A stretch of DNA of 64,000 bases, taken from NCBI GenBank assembly GCA_907165135.1, contig OU015567.1, forward strand, positions 10,478,001 through 10,542,000. The letters run 5' to 3'. This DNA is from Oikopleura dioica (lineage: Eukaryota > Animalia > Chordata). Shown piece after piece: positions 49,252 through 61,724 of the stretch. A program made the position numbers and the translations under genes. The notes beneath the pieces are model-generated. The model was not told where the DNA came from and did no database searches. It saw only the letters and a program-made list of their open reading frames with translations. Position 1 is the first letter of the stretch, and every line of letters begins with the position of its first letter.

Positions 49252-51178
49252 CTATGTCTTCAAAAATTTCTTCCTGAATATCGTGCATCTCCCGCGCTGA
49301 TCCCCAGTCACATAAAGCGAGGCTCGTTTTCCTTGTTGAAAAGCTAAAAATAGTTCGTTTGCGTTGGCTATCTTGTGATAAATGGGCAACCTGCTGTGGC
49401 TGTGATGCGATACTCGTGAGGTATTCGCTGTGCGGTGCTAGCGCGGTTAGCATCCTTTATTTCAACCACGTCGATGTACGAGGAATAGCCGCGTGTAGGT
49501 TCCTCGTTGTTGACAGCGAAGAAAACGTCCATATTCTGAAGATATTTTACGGTTAAAATCAAGTGGCTTTAAGTTATTTTTAACCATTTATGGAAAATTA
49601 CCTTTCCGGACGAAATATCGCATCTGCCATCAACAGCGTCTCGTTTCGATCGAATTTCCTTCCAATTCTTTGAGGAAAAATGCTTGCGAAACCTCGAATG
49701 GATTTTCTTATCGAGTACGAAGTAGACCCTGCCAGATTTTGCTTGTCTGGTCTCGCAGCGATAGGTACCAAAGCGCTCATCAGACGCGTACTTTGCAGTA
49801 GATCGCGACGTCAGCCTGTGGCTCGGGATTGTTTTTTCGAAGCCAAATTTATAGTAAAGTTTACCAGACGTGCTTCTCTTCATTTCTTTATTTGGAAAGC
49901 TAGAAGAATTATGAAAGGATAAAGGATAAAACCTTCTTACTGGTACATTAGCGTTGTCATATTCTTCCCAGCTGCAAGCATCAGTCTTTTCTTGGCAACA
50001 CTGAGCATCGCTAGTTTTTCCAGACTTTGTCCGTTGACCGGAACTTTTTGAATGTACTCTGGATGGAAAGTCTTTCCGATTTCATACAGGTGGAAAGCTT
50101 CGTTTGACGAAGCGATGATGTAAAGTTTACGGCGAAAGACAAACTGGGCAACGTCGGTGACAGGCGTTGAAGATCCTCCAAGGCAATTCCAAGAGGTGAT
50201 GTTTTGGTATTCGTTGGACTTTTTACTCGTTGTTTTTGACCACTCGTTGTTCATGAAACCCTTTCCTGAATACGTATGTTATTCAAAAATGAATGCGCTC
50301 TAATGAAGATCTATTGACACTTGATAAGTCATCGATCCCGAAAATGGAATTCAACGTCACTTCGACAAAAGGTTTTTTGAAAATGTCGCCAACCCGGGCG
50401 GTGGAGCTTGACGTCACGGACAATCCGAGATTTGTAGCTCCCACAAAAGGGCGCAGCAAATCAACTACAATTCATTCGGCGTCAACGTAGAAGTTATTCT
50501 TTTTGAAACATTACATAATTTTTGATAATACCAATTTTTGTTTTATCAAAGAAAGTTATTTTGTCCCTCACGTTATTTCACGAGTCGTTAATATCAAGCT
50601 CTTCGATTATGATATAAAATCGTTGAATTTATGAATTTTACGTCATACAGCTTTGCTAGAGTCCACCATTTGACACACTTGGGGTATTTGAATATCATTT
50701 AGCTTCCGAAATTAATCAATTAATCCAGACTATGATCCAAAAGTGTGAATTTTATTACTGAATAAAAAAGTATTTATTACTTACCCTTGCAGTTTCCTTC
50801 GTAGCCAATCCAAATAGGTCGATTGGAATTGTCTTTTCTTGAGCAACGAAGAATTCGACTTATGGTGGATTTTTATATTATTGAAAGAATTTCTTTAAGA
50901 AAAAAACTGCGAGCCAAAAAAGCTCAACTCGGATTTGAAACCGCATTATCCACTAATCCATTCTCACGATTTCTCAGATGAACTGTTTGAACTTTTGAAT
51001 CCACTTTCCTTTTGCATGTTTTATGAAAACAAGTCGAGCCCAGCTGGTGCCTAGCTGAGCATTTATACTCTCTCCCAAGCTTCGTGCATTTTTGGCGGCG
51101 ATCTCCAACTTTTCTTCCAATTGCGTTTCCAACAAGCAGAATCAGAACAAAAACAGTTCGCAGTGTCGTTTTCATCAT
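49252..51178 (-). CDS. Putative secreted EAR-like repeat protein, copy 2
   Basis: Homologue of 11978-13894. Confidence 0.45.
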
Positions 51179-52607
51179 TTTATTAGAAAAACTTTCGTCT
51201 GCTTTTTCTTCTTTGCGAGTGATTATTCTTCATAAATTGTGAAAGTCGACTCAATGAAGAATTAATAATAGCGGGACTTCTTCTCTTTTCTTTCGGTTTC
51301 TTGCTTTTTCTTTCTCTCTCTTTCTTGTAAAAACGTAGCCTGGTAACGGGTCCAGTTTTATTTTTTAAATTAATTAGTTGAAATTCTTCGGTCGCTATTT
51401 TTCTAAGTTAATTCAAGTCTAAGCGGGATACTAAGAGGGCGCGACGGAGTGAAAAATTGTTAAATCAAAACTCAAAATCTCGATCCTCTCGCCTGCCCCT
51501 GGAATCGACCAATTCTATAATCGCAGTTATTATTGATAGAAGAAAAAAGTGCAAAATGCTCATGCTTTATTAGCTCAGGCAGATGCAAAAGTGCAAACTT
51601 TATCAAAGAATTAATTCAATATTTGCCAGTTCAAATCACTGAGCTAATCACCGCGTGAAAGAAATATATTTTCTCACAATTCAGAATTCAGTCAACTCTA
51701 AATGAGACTTTCTTCTATCTTCTCTAAGAGGGTATAAGCTAAATTCGAGCTCTTTTCTTCTTCTCTCTCTTCTGTTGTCCTTTTAACCATGAAATCGTCA
51801 GGGTTTACGAACTGTCGCAGGCCGATGATAATCTAATGAATATCTTGATACCTTGGTATCGTAAAAATATGTTCATCAAAACCTGGATTACCAAAAGAAG
51901 CATTGGAAAAGAAATGAAGAAGACGCGGTCTTTTGACTCCAGCTGACGATGATACTCTTCCTCCGTCATCTCAATGAAACTTTTCTTTAGACAAGGTTTT
52001 CCTGAAATTTTCAGGTTTCAGTTTACTTCGATATGTGCTCCTCTTGATCTTCGTTGATTTTGTGTTGTCCATTTTCTTCGAAATATATTATCTAAAAGCA
52101 ATAATCTCAAGCATCGACAACATTTGCTAACCATGGAGCAAAATGCAATGAATATCATCACTATAATAGAAGAAAAAATATAAAAAGCTAATAAATTCAT
52201 GTTTTTCTTTCATATATCTGGAGGTTCTCTAAAAATTCAGAGGGAGAACGATAAGATCCTCTCAGAATGTATATCTAATCTTAATAAAATATTGGATCAT
52301 AGGCCTTATCATTCTGATGGAATATTGACAATTAGATAACCCATCGTTTCAATTCTTCAATACGTTTATTGGAAACATATTGTCCCTGCAGTTTTCATAA
52401 ACTTACACGTAGTCATCATAGTCAATATAGGAAGAACCTTATAAATAAAACCTTATAATAGCTCAGACAGAAGAATACTCAGTGCCCCGACCGTTGACCC
52501 CGAAACACCCTTTGCATTCGTATAAAACTCAATACCGTTTTCGTTTCATTGAATGAAATTTATTTAACCAGAAGAAAGGAAACTGGATTTTTTCCCGTTT
52601 TTTCGGT

Positions 52608-53453
52608 ATGAGTGCGAAAATTATTGCTACTGGTAAAAAATTGATAGAGATAAAAAATTGAAACTTTTTAGCTGTTACAGCTATTGCAGAAGGGATTAAA
52701 AGTGATAACAAGAGGAAAGAAATCGAAAACGAAAAAGCTGAAAAGAACGCTGAACGCGAAAGGGAACTTATTGATAAAATGCGCGAAGAAGAAGAAATCC
52801 GAAGAAAAGAACACCAGAAGAAGGTAATTATTTAAGAATCTTAAATTTTAAGATATACGTTCTTTTTTACCGATACGTAGATGTTGGAACTTGAGAGAAA
52901 GCGTCGAGAGCTGGAAGATGCCGCTAAAAAGGCGAAAACGAAGGATGAACAGCATCACAAGGAAGTCGAAAACCTTATCCAAGTTCTATCGGATTACAAA
53001 GAAATGGTAAGAAATACTGAAAAGTCGAATACCTCGTATTCAAGTTATTTTTAGAGTGAACAAAAGGATGCAGAAAACAGAAAAATGACTGAAGAATTTA
53101 TGGCTGAGAAGGAAAAGATCGAACGGGAAAAGGATAAGCTCATCGAAGAAAAAGATAAAGCTTTGAAAGAAAAAGACAAGTTCTTCGAAGAGTATAAGCA
53201 AGCTATGGACGAGAAAGCGGAACAAGAACGTCGAAGAAACGAAGACATTCGATTTTTTGAAGAAACTCTGCGTAAAATTCAATCTATGATGACAAAGCAC
53301 ATGATCAAGAACCATGACGACGAAAACGTTCGAAACTTATGCCTCGAAGTCAATGATATTGTTGATTCCTACGAAGGACCTGACGACATGCGCAGAATTG
53401 AAGATAGCATGCGAAGCCTTGGAAGGACTCTTGTGTTTGAAAATCAAGAATAA
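52608..53453 (+). CDS. Coiled-coil protein, copy 2 (strongly diverged)
   Basis: Same exon structure as 15328-16174. Confidence 0.7.
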
Positions 53454-53649
53454 TTTACGCTGAATGTTTTGTTACGTATTGCAAAATGTATGAATATTAT
53501 CTCAGTCAAAAACTTGTATCCTTAACCTTATCCTAACATCCTTAAAACAAAATAAAACCACCGTGATTATAAAAATAAAAATTTTTATTGAATATAAAAA
53601 TAGTGAGAATAGATAGATAGAGTAGAAGCAGAATACAAATGAAGATATC

Positions 53650-56600
53650 TCAAGGAAGATGATACATAGGCAGAAGCTGTTGATTGTCCTTGATAAATTT
53701 CAAAATAGTCCGGTCGATATCTTCCGAGTACTTTTCTTTGAGCTCTTTCGAAGTTCCTGGCTTGATGTCTTCATTATCTAGACCGGTTTTTAATTGACAG
53801 AGGATAAGATTATTTACCTAGTGGGATAAGATCTTCAAGCTGCTGGACCAAGTCCTTGAATCTATCGTGCGAAATAACATCGAAGAAGGGACTGGTAATG
53901 TGTTCATAGAGGCAAGGAATGAGCTCTTCGTCAAATCGAGAAACAAGATCCTTGAGGTACTTTTCGTGGAGGCCGAAAATTCTGATGATATTCTCGACGT
54001 TGAGAGGATCTCGAGAGACAAAGATCATTCCATCGACGACGCCAAATGGATCTTGAATAATAATTTAAAGTCATCTAGGGACAGAAAAACTTACTTAAAT
54101 GAATTCTTGAGTCGCATTCGTCGTTTGAAGTGACCATCCAACGAGCTTGTCCTTGTTTCATTCCATCAGCAAGTCGATCAAAATATGTCGCTTTGCAACT
54201 AAAAATGCATAGTAAACATATAGGATCTTTCTGTTACCTTAGATAATGTCTTCCGCCAACAAGTTTGCAAGAAGTGACAACTGGCGCCTTGAAAACCGGA
54301 ACAGATACATCAGGCTTAGGAATACGCCCCAGAACACGATCCAAAATCAATGCAGCAGCGGCCTTGCCAACTTCGGCTGAATTGAATTTCTCGTGAACCC
54401 AATCATCTGCGTAAAGTCTTCGCTGATATTTGGTCATTGGTCCAGCGGCCATAATATTTTCATTCGATGTGCAGAAAGTACTGTCTATGACAAGGGCGCC
54501 ATCGTAGACTAGACAGGCATCGTTGAGCGCACTGAAAACAGTCTTCGAGACTGACTTCTCGAGCATATCGACCAAATGCTTGCATTCATATTCGGTATCG
54601 CCAACGCAGACGGATGAAATGTTCTTTCCATCATTCTTGAGGATTTCGTATTCTTTGACATTCTCAATCAAATTGACTCCAAGTTCTTCCATCTCGTTTC
54701 GAACTCGAGCAGCGACCTTGTCCAATTCTGGTCCATTCGTGAGTTTGCGCTCCTTGTTGATATCACCAAGGTCGAAAATTTCTTCCAAGTCGGTTTCACA
54801 TGCAAGCGTTATCTAAAGAACCATTAGGAAAGTGAAACTCGCTGCTGATTACCTGATTTGGCTGAATTTTACGTTCCAAAAGTTGCTGAATAAATCCTAA
54901 AGCATTGATATTGTTACTTCTGACGAAAATGCCGTCTCCTTCGCTGATGTCGTTGACGATCTCGCTAAATGCTAGACCTTCTACTCCACGAATCGGATTG
55001 TCGACAAGTCCACTGTATTGCTTGCCAGTCGCGAGGACAAGTAAATCATAAGGTAACTCGGATCCATCTCTGAGGATAATTTTTCGATCGTTAGTATTTA
55101 TTCCAGCCAGAGTAGCACGGACACGGTTCAGGCATATGTTCAGTCCGTATTTCTTCCTGCCGAAGTTGTTAATCTGTCTTTCTTCGACCTTTACATTTTT
55201 ATGGCCAAGCGTGACTTCGTGATCATCTTCGAATACGGACGAGACGAGCGTCAAATTATTGAAAATAAGACCTTTGTTCATTGCTTTTTGTTTGGTTAAA
55301 AATTGGAAGAAACAACCCAGTTTTTTTACCCGGAAAATTTCAAACCGTGCCTAATTCTTCAATTGCCGCGATGCCGGTATCGGAAGCGCCAACGATGACG
55401 ATCGAATGTGAACAAATTCTGACATCTGTTTGAATCAGCTTCTTGGGCAGAATCAAAAGTCCAAAATCACAATCAAGAAGGGCATCGGGGCAGGGAGCAT
55501 TTTCTTCCAATCGCTCAACATTGAAGTGGATCTTTTCTCTTTTCGGTACTGTTCGCATCTGACGGGTTGCTGGTGACTTTTAGTGAGTTTTTCAAAATAA
55601 AACTCAGTATGAGTCGGTTCGAAATAATTAATGAGAATTTTTCGAAACTCTTTCTTTGGATAATCGCGGCCAACAACGGGCTGGTACAAACATATCGCTC
55701 CTGAAAGTCGCATCGCTTCTGAGAGCATGAATTTTCCAAGAGAATGAAAACCAGGAGCGACGAAGCAGTACAGGACTTTGTGATTCTCTCTTCGTTCGAT
55801 CAAGTCCAAGTTTACGAAATCTTCAATCTCGAAGTTCGCTCTGAGAGCGTCGATTTTATCCTCGGCGGCGATGATGACACCGCCAACGGCGTGTTCGCCG
55901 GCGAAAATCAAATATGACGTCGATAGAAGTTCGGGCGTGCCAATCGATGGAGTTGGGTTGAGACCTTGTCCATTTATCAGAGACATTTTCATGTTCTTGT
56001 AAAATTCTGGAGCAAGGCTCTCGATTGCTTCAAAGTCAGTTTCGGCCGCCTGTCGCACGGATGCGATCTCGTGGATTACTGCACGATGGACAATGTAGAC
56101 CTCAGTTGTTGTGAATGAACTTCGTGGAGTCGCTCTGAAATAAGTGATTGAGATTTGGTCCGATGTTAAATGAGTACCTTTGGAAATAATCAAGAAGTGG
56201 AAAATGCTGAACTTGTCGAGGAACGGTCAAAATCGCCCAGTTCGCTCCCGGGAAAGCTTCAAAAGCTCCCTTGAGAAGGTCAACGGACCGATCTTCATAT
56301 TTGTCTGCAATCGCAAAGAGTTGAACGGCAATTGCATTGTAATTCGTGAGGCCACTAAAGTAGGTTGATTGCGGTCTGATTTTACGGATTCATATCAGCT
56401 CGAACCGGCCAGATGTGCTAAAAGGACGAAAATGGTTCGAATTTGATTTGGCGCCCCTGGAGTTCCTTTAAAATTGAATCTCCAGATTGGAATCCGGCCA
56501 GTGAAAATCACCGAATATTTCTAGACGGAGTTTATTTTCTACTCTTCCTAGAGATTTTGATTTATACGCAGTATCCCCCAGAGAAACATATCGTTCGCGG

Positions 56601-58658
56601 GTAATAATTTGAGTTTCGAAATGGAAGTAAAATCTGATAGAATTTAGAAAATCGTAATGACCGAGCGCCGACGAAGCACCCGCGCTGCTGCTTTAAAAGC
56701 TACCGAAGCCCTGAGTACTCCCAAAAGAACCCCTCGTCGACAAACGAAGCTCAAGGTAAAGACTTTTTTAGATGTTTCTCGAAAATTTTCTAATAGGATT
56801 CTATCAAAGAAGAAGGTCAGGTCACTGAAACACTCAAAGAGATCCCAATACGACGAACGGTCAAGCAAACTATTGCTCCGCCGGTTTTCGAAGAACATGT
56901 GGAGAAGCAAACTCCAGCTGACCTCAAAACACCGATTTCTTTGCAGGAGAGATCCGCTCGTAAATCACCTGTTCTACTGGAAACACAGCAAGTAAAGACC
57001 CCAACCGCGATCAAAACTCCAATCACGGTGGAGAAGGCTGTTCTCAAGACGCCAACTCGAGCCTCCCCAATTGCTATTGAAAAACTCAAACCGAAAACTC
57101 CTGTTGCGATGGAAATTGAGGACGAGAAAGAAAACCTTCCTATCCCGCAGCCAACGAAGACAGAAGTTATGTATCGAGAGCCACCCGTTATCGCCGAAGA
57201 TTCATCTTCTGAGAGTTCGGACTCCGACTCTGAGCCTATCTTTTCGACTTCTGACTCGGTAAGAAACTTTCAAAAGTAACTCTTTCTCACTCAAATATTG
57301 AAGGATGACATTCCGACTGTCTTTGTCAAAAGCGAAAAAGAAGCGAAGCATCTCAGGCTTTTGCTGAGTTTGCTCACTCTCTCAAAGACAAGCCCTTCCG
57401 ACCAAAGCCCGAAGACCTGGTCATCAAGGACGTGCTTCAAGAAGCCGGGCAGCTTAAGAATGCAATTCATTCAGCTCAACCCGCTGGTCTTATGCGACAG
57501 CCGGCGAAGCCATCAATCAGCAAGGTCAATGCGACCGAGAACGACCCTGAATATATAAATCCAGGCACTACTTCGGGAATGGTGAGAGAAGTTCGTCTTC
57601 CCGATACAGAGGAGTACTCCAACATCATGACTCTCAGCGACTGTATGGGCAACATCAACATCAACGCTGAAGAGCAAGCTGAAATTGAGCGACAGGAAGC
57701 GAAAGAACGATTCGAAAAGAAGAAAAAGAACGACGCTCGATTTCGCACCTCTTTTCCTACAATAAGTGATCACCGCCCCTTATTTTATATTCTGACCAGT
57801 TTCCTTTCATTTAAAATTGGAGAATAAAACGTTACAAAAACTTACTTGAATCCACCGATGTGATGCGTACATTGTAATTGATCAAGGGAAATCTTCGATG
57901 AAATTGCAATCGCACCAACTGCGATATCATTTACATCAGCAACAAGCACCTTGTGTCTCTCATCAACTGATTCAACCATTTCAGTGTAGAAAAAGTCGCC
58001 GTAGATCATCTTGAGCTGGTCGTTATTCTTGTACACGGCAGCGACATCATCGTTGTCTTCTTCTTTTCCAGGGCGAATGAAGAGAGTGGGGACGAAGTCA
58101 TCGCGGTTGATGATTGAGTAGGGCGAGTTGGGGATTTTAGAAGATACAGATGATAGTCGCGAGTCGTTTTTCGTTACGATCACATGGTGGATAAAAGGGC
58201 ATCTTCCAGGAGTTTTTGGTGAATCAAGCTTTCAACCAGGTAAGTTAGCTAATCAAACAAACTCCTTCCTTTTGAAAACAGCGGACAAAATACAAGATAC
58301 AATTCCGTCGACATTCTCATGATCTTCTTCCGCCATGAAGAGCATCAGCTCAAGAACACTTTGCGGATTGTAAAGATCACTGGAAATCTTTTTCGATTCA
58401 AAATCTGCCTGTAGGTCGAAAGCAGCGAATCCAATTATTTTGTCGTTGTTATCTTCAATTACTTTCAAAGAAAGCTGGGTTGTTTCGACAAGTCTTCTGA
58501 CTAGAAAATCATGTTAGGGCCTTATTAGACTAATTGCTTATAATAATGTACAACTACTTACTCTGACATCTTTTGTGGGAATAGACTCCTCGAGTTTTTC
58601 CATCGATAAGATTGATGATTTCTTGGAGATCGGCAATTTCAACAGTCGACGCCCTCAT
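53650..58658 (-). CDS. CFAP61: CFAP61 copy 2
   Basis: Near-identical to 16363-21913, without MITE D. Confidence 0.9.
56657..57795 (+). CDS. Nested S/T-P-rich gene, copy 2 (1-nt deletion near 57352)
   Basis: Homologue of 19903-21045. Confidence 0.65.
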
Positions 58659-58765
58659 TTTCACCCAAACCTCTCGATTTCAAACTGAACCCATAAGAAT
58701 GAAAACATCATCATATCACAGTTAGTTCTAGAGAAAACAAAAATAATTGAAAGAAAATTTTATTT

Positions 58766-60124
58766 TCAGTAAAAGATATCAACAGATCGGTCGCTTTTTA
58801 TTCGAATTCTTGACACATTCTCGTCCAAATTGATCCCTCCAAACGACCAACTGTAAGTTCCATTGATTTGGCAGAGAGTAAGGTCAAATTCAGTACAGTC
58901 AATTGTGAGTTCTCTTGTCAAACTAGCTCCAACGGCCATATTCCAGGTCGTGCTGAAAAAGTCGGCAAGGGCATTTTTTGATGAATGAAAGCAGATTGAA
59001 TAACCGACGGAAGAAGTGGAAACAGACAAATCATTGACAGAAACGCGGACACTGTGCTCATCTCCGTCTGAATTTCGATCAAATTAAGAAAAATCATGAG
59101 TTTTTTTACCATTTATGTACATTCCAGTCAGTAAAAACTTCGTTTCAAAAGAGAAACAGGTGTGGCGGCGAAGTGAAAAATGTCTTCTTTGAAATCAAAT
59201 TTCCGATTGCGATTTCTGCTGATGCAACGCCAAGAGTTTTGAGATTCGAAAAAGAAGCTTCTTTGGTACATCTTGAATAGGAAGGTGATCGTAGAGGAGG
59301 GACTTCAATTTCGATCGATTCGTCGGGACAAATGCCACTTTTGAATCTGGGAAGCTGTAAAGGATGTCACTGTCGCTTTGTTTTTATTTTCTATTCATAC
59401 CTGTAGTCAAAGGCAAACTGCAAAAATTTATCCGTCCCGATCAAGATGGCTGTTTCTGAGGGAAGTACAAATTTGAAGTCAGCAAGTTTGCAGATCGTGT
59501 ATTTCAAGCCAGCGGAATGAAAATAGTTGAGAATCGTTGGAAGATCTTTTACGTCGGACTTTTCGATAAAAACTTTTGCATGATTTTTAGAAATAAAAGG
59601 GCGTTTCCGAATGATTTTGAGGATAGCGCTTGCCCAGGTTCGAACAAGTTCTTCTGTATCGTTGTTAAAGGTGAAGTCGAACTCTTCATCGTCCGCAATT
59701 ACTCTCAAGTTGAATCCTAATCTGGCTTTTTCGACTCTATCGCATTTCAACCAGTAGTTTATAAAAGCCCTTCCTGTAACAATCGACCGCGCTTGTCCTC
59801 GAATAACAGTTTTGATTTTTCTGAAGCGCACTCCAATCACGAATTTCTCAATTTCAACGCAGTACTTTTCTCCCATCGGTGCCTCCACTCCTGGAATATC
59901 AACCGTAATTGGCTCCCAATAAAGCTTCCCATTTGAGAGCAGTAAGTCGTGCGAGACTCCTTCAAAAGTAAAGATTCCCTCGAGCTCTTTTGGTGCCAGC
60001 GATGTCTGCCGACTGAACTGAGTGTCTAGCGTCAGCCCCGAAAATCGAGACTGCCCGGTCGTTGGTCTAGAATTATTTATGTAAGAAAAAGCTCCAAAGT
60101 TCACCGGGATCACTACCTATCCAT
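58766..60124 (-). CDS. CERK/CERKL-like gene, copy 2
   Basis: Homologue of 22022-23383. Confidence 0.45.
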
Positions 60125-60482
60125 GGCTTTGCCAATTTCTCTTCACAAAAAGTACAGGAAGGAAAAATGGCGTGTTGGTTGAAAACCGTGTCTGGTGCAC
60201 TGTGTAAAGCTCCATCTGTAAGGGATAAAAAAATCGAACCCGATCAAACCGCTTATCCACTGTCTCGGTTTGAGCTTTTTTCTCGGCGTACTTTTATTCT
60301 TTCCTTTTGGGCACACACTGGCAAGGAAACGCCAATCACGGGCGTTCCATTCTTTAAACAATGAGCTTCTGATTGTTTGCCACTATCGACGATACAATTT
60401 ATATCATATAAACGATAAATATACGTAAATAACGCATGCAAATATTATGTAGGTATTTTATGAAATCAGCAGCGGTGATAGA

Positions 60483-60682
60483 CAAAAACTCGGGGACTTA
60501 GCTCCGAGAAACTCCACTCTACAGGAGCGAGTTTTTGAGTAGCCGGGTTTCCCCGTTCAGTGACGTGGGGCAACCCACTCGTCTCGAGAGTCAGGAGACC
60601 TGACAGAGGCGTGATTCGAACTCGCGCTTCGGCGAGTCGCAGCGTTGGGCGCTAACCAACGGGCCACCCGGGTGCCGGCCGC
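60483..60682 (-). ncRNA. Structured Pol III-like RNA, copy 2
   Basis: Homologue of 23743-23951; canonical GTTCGAATC B box. Confidence 0.55.
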
Positions 60683-61185
60683 CGTAGCTAAAAACAGGTA
60701 TATATTCAGACATAATCGCTGTATTCTAGAAAGTTACTGGATAAACTTGTCTATTTTAAACATGAAATGTTTTCACTGGAACACAAGAAATCTTATTGAT
60801 AATTATCAAATAGCTGTGATTTTGACGTCCTGCATAAACAAAGATAACAGACAGTTTTCAAATCTGGAACCATAAATTTTAACCTTGCGAAGCGTCTTGT
60901 CAACGTCTGAATTCAAGGAGAACAGCGCTCTGGAGATTCTCCGCGCCAATCATATGACGCGCTTGAGAAAGCCAGCGGGAAAGAAATTCAAAAGGACGAA
61001 ATCTCCAACTTGGAAGAGAAAAGGATGAGCTCTTTGGTGAGATTGGCGCAGATCAATTTTTATTCAGCTACTGGTTTTTGCTAAATAATCTATTTTTGTA
61101 CTTGAAATAACTGAAAACCAAATACAGTAAGAAATCTTTCCGTAACGCAATGTTTTCTGAAAAATCCCGTCGTTCGAAAATCGCC

Positions 61186-61443
61186 ATGCGAGAAGGAAAG
61201 CGCCACCACATCATGAGCCACAAGCAAGAAGAACGACACATGATGAAGGAATACAAGAAATCTGAAGATCTGGCGAAGGCAATCAAGAGAGGTGACTACG
61301 GGAGAATCTCCACCCATACAAATCGCGAAGGGAGAATCGAGTTGATCACGGACAAAGGGCAAAAGATTGAAAAGGCGGAGAAGAGGAGAGAGGAAATGGA
61401 GAAGAAGAAGGCTCCTAATTATGCCGCTGCTTCTGTCAGGTAA
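61186..61443 (+). CDS. Small charged protein, copy 2
   Basis: Homologue of 24457-24714. Confidence 0.55.
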   Translation: MREGKRHHIMSHKQEERHMMKEYKKSEDLAKAIKRGDYGRISTHTNREGRIELITDKGQKIEKAEKRREEMEKKKAPNYAAASVR

Positions 61444-61724
61444 AATTTATAACTGAAAATAGTCAGTCGATAATTAAACTGCGTATTTACTTGATTGTCT
61501 GAAAATAGGCGTGTCAGGAATTTGCGACTCGTAAATAAGGAACTAAGGCAAACTTTATTTCTCCACTGGAGAAGTGGTCATAAAGTCCCTTTTGAATTGA
61601 TTTGATTTAAATTGAGTTAAGAGCTCACGAGGATGATCAGTTTCTGGCTCGCTGCGTCCGCCAAGTCGTTCAACAATACGAGAACCGAATAGCGTCGGGC
61701 CGTCCTTTCCCGCCCCAGGCTGAG

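Noticed and set aside
8987-57400. Single-base frameshifts (e.g. 9017, 12563, 22985, 40490, 57352) as proof of pseudogenes
   Set aside because: Mostly at homopolymers or near a contig end, so sequencing error is as likely; not called without reads.
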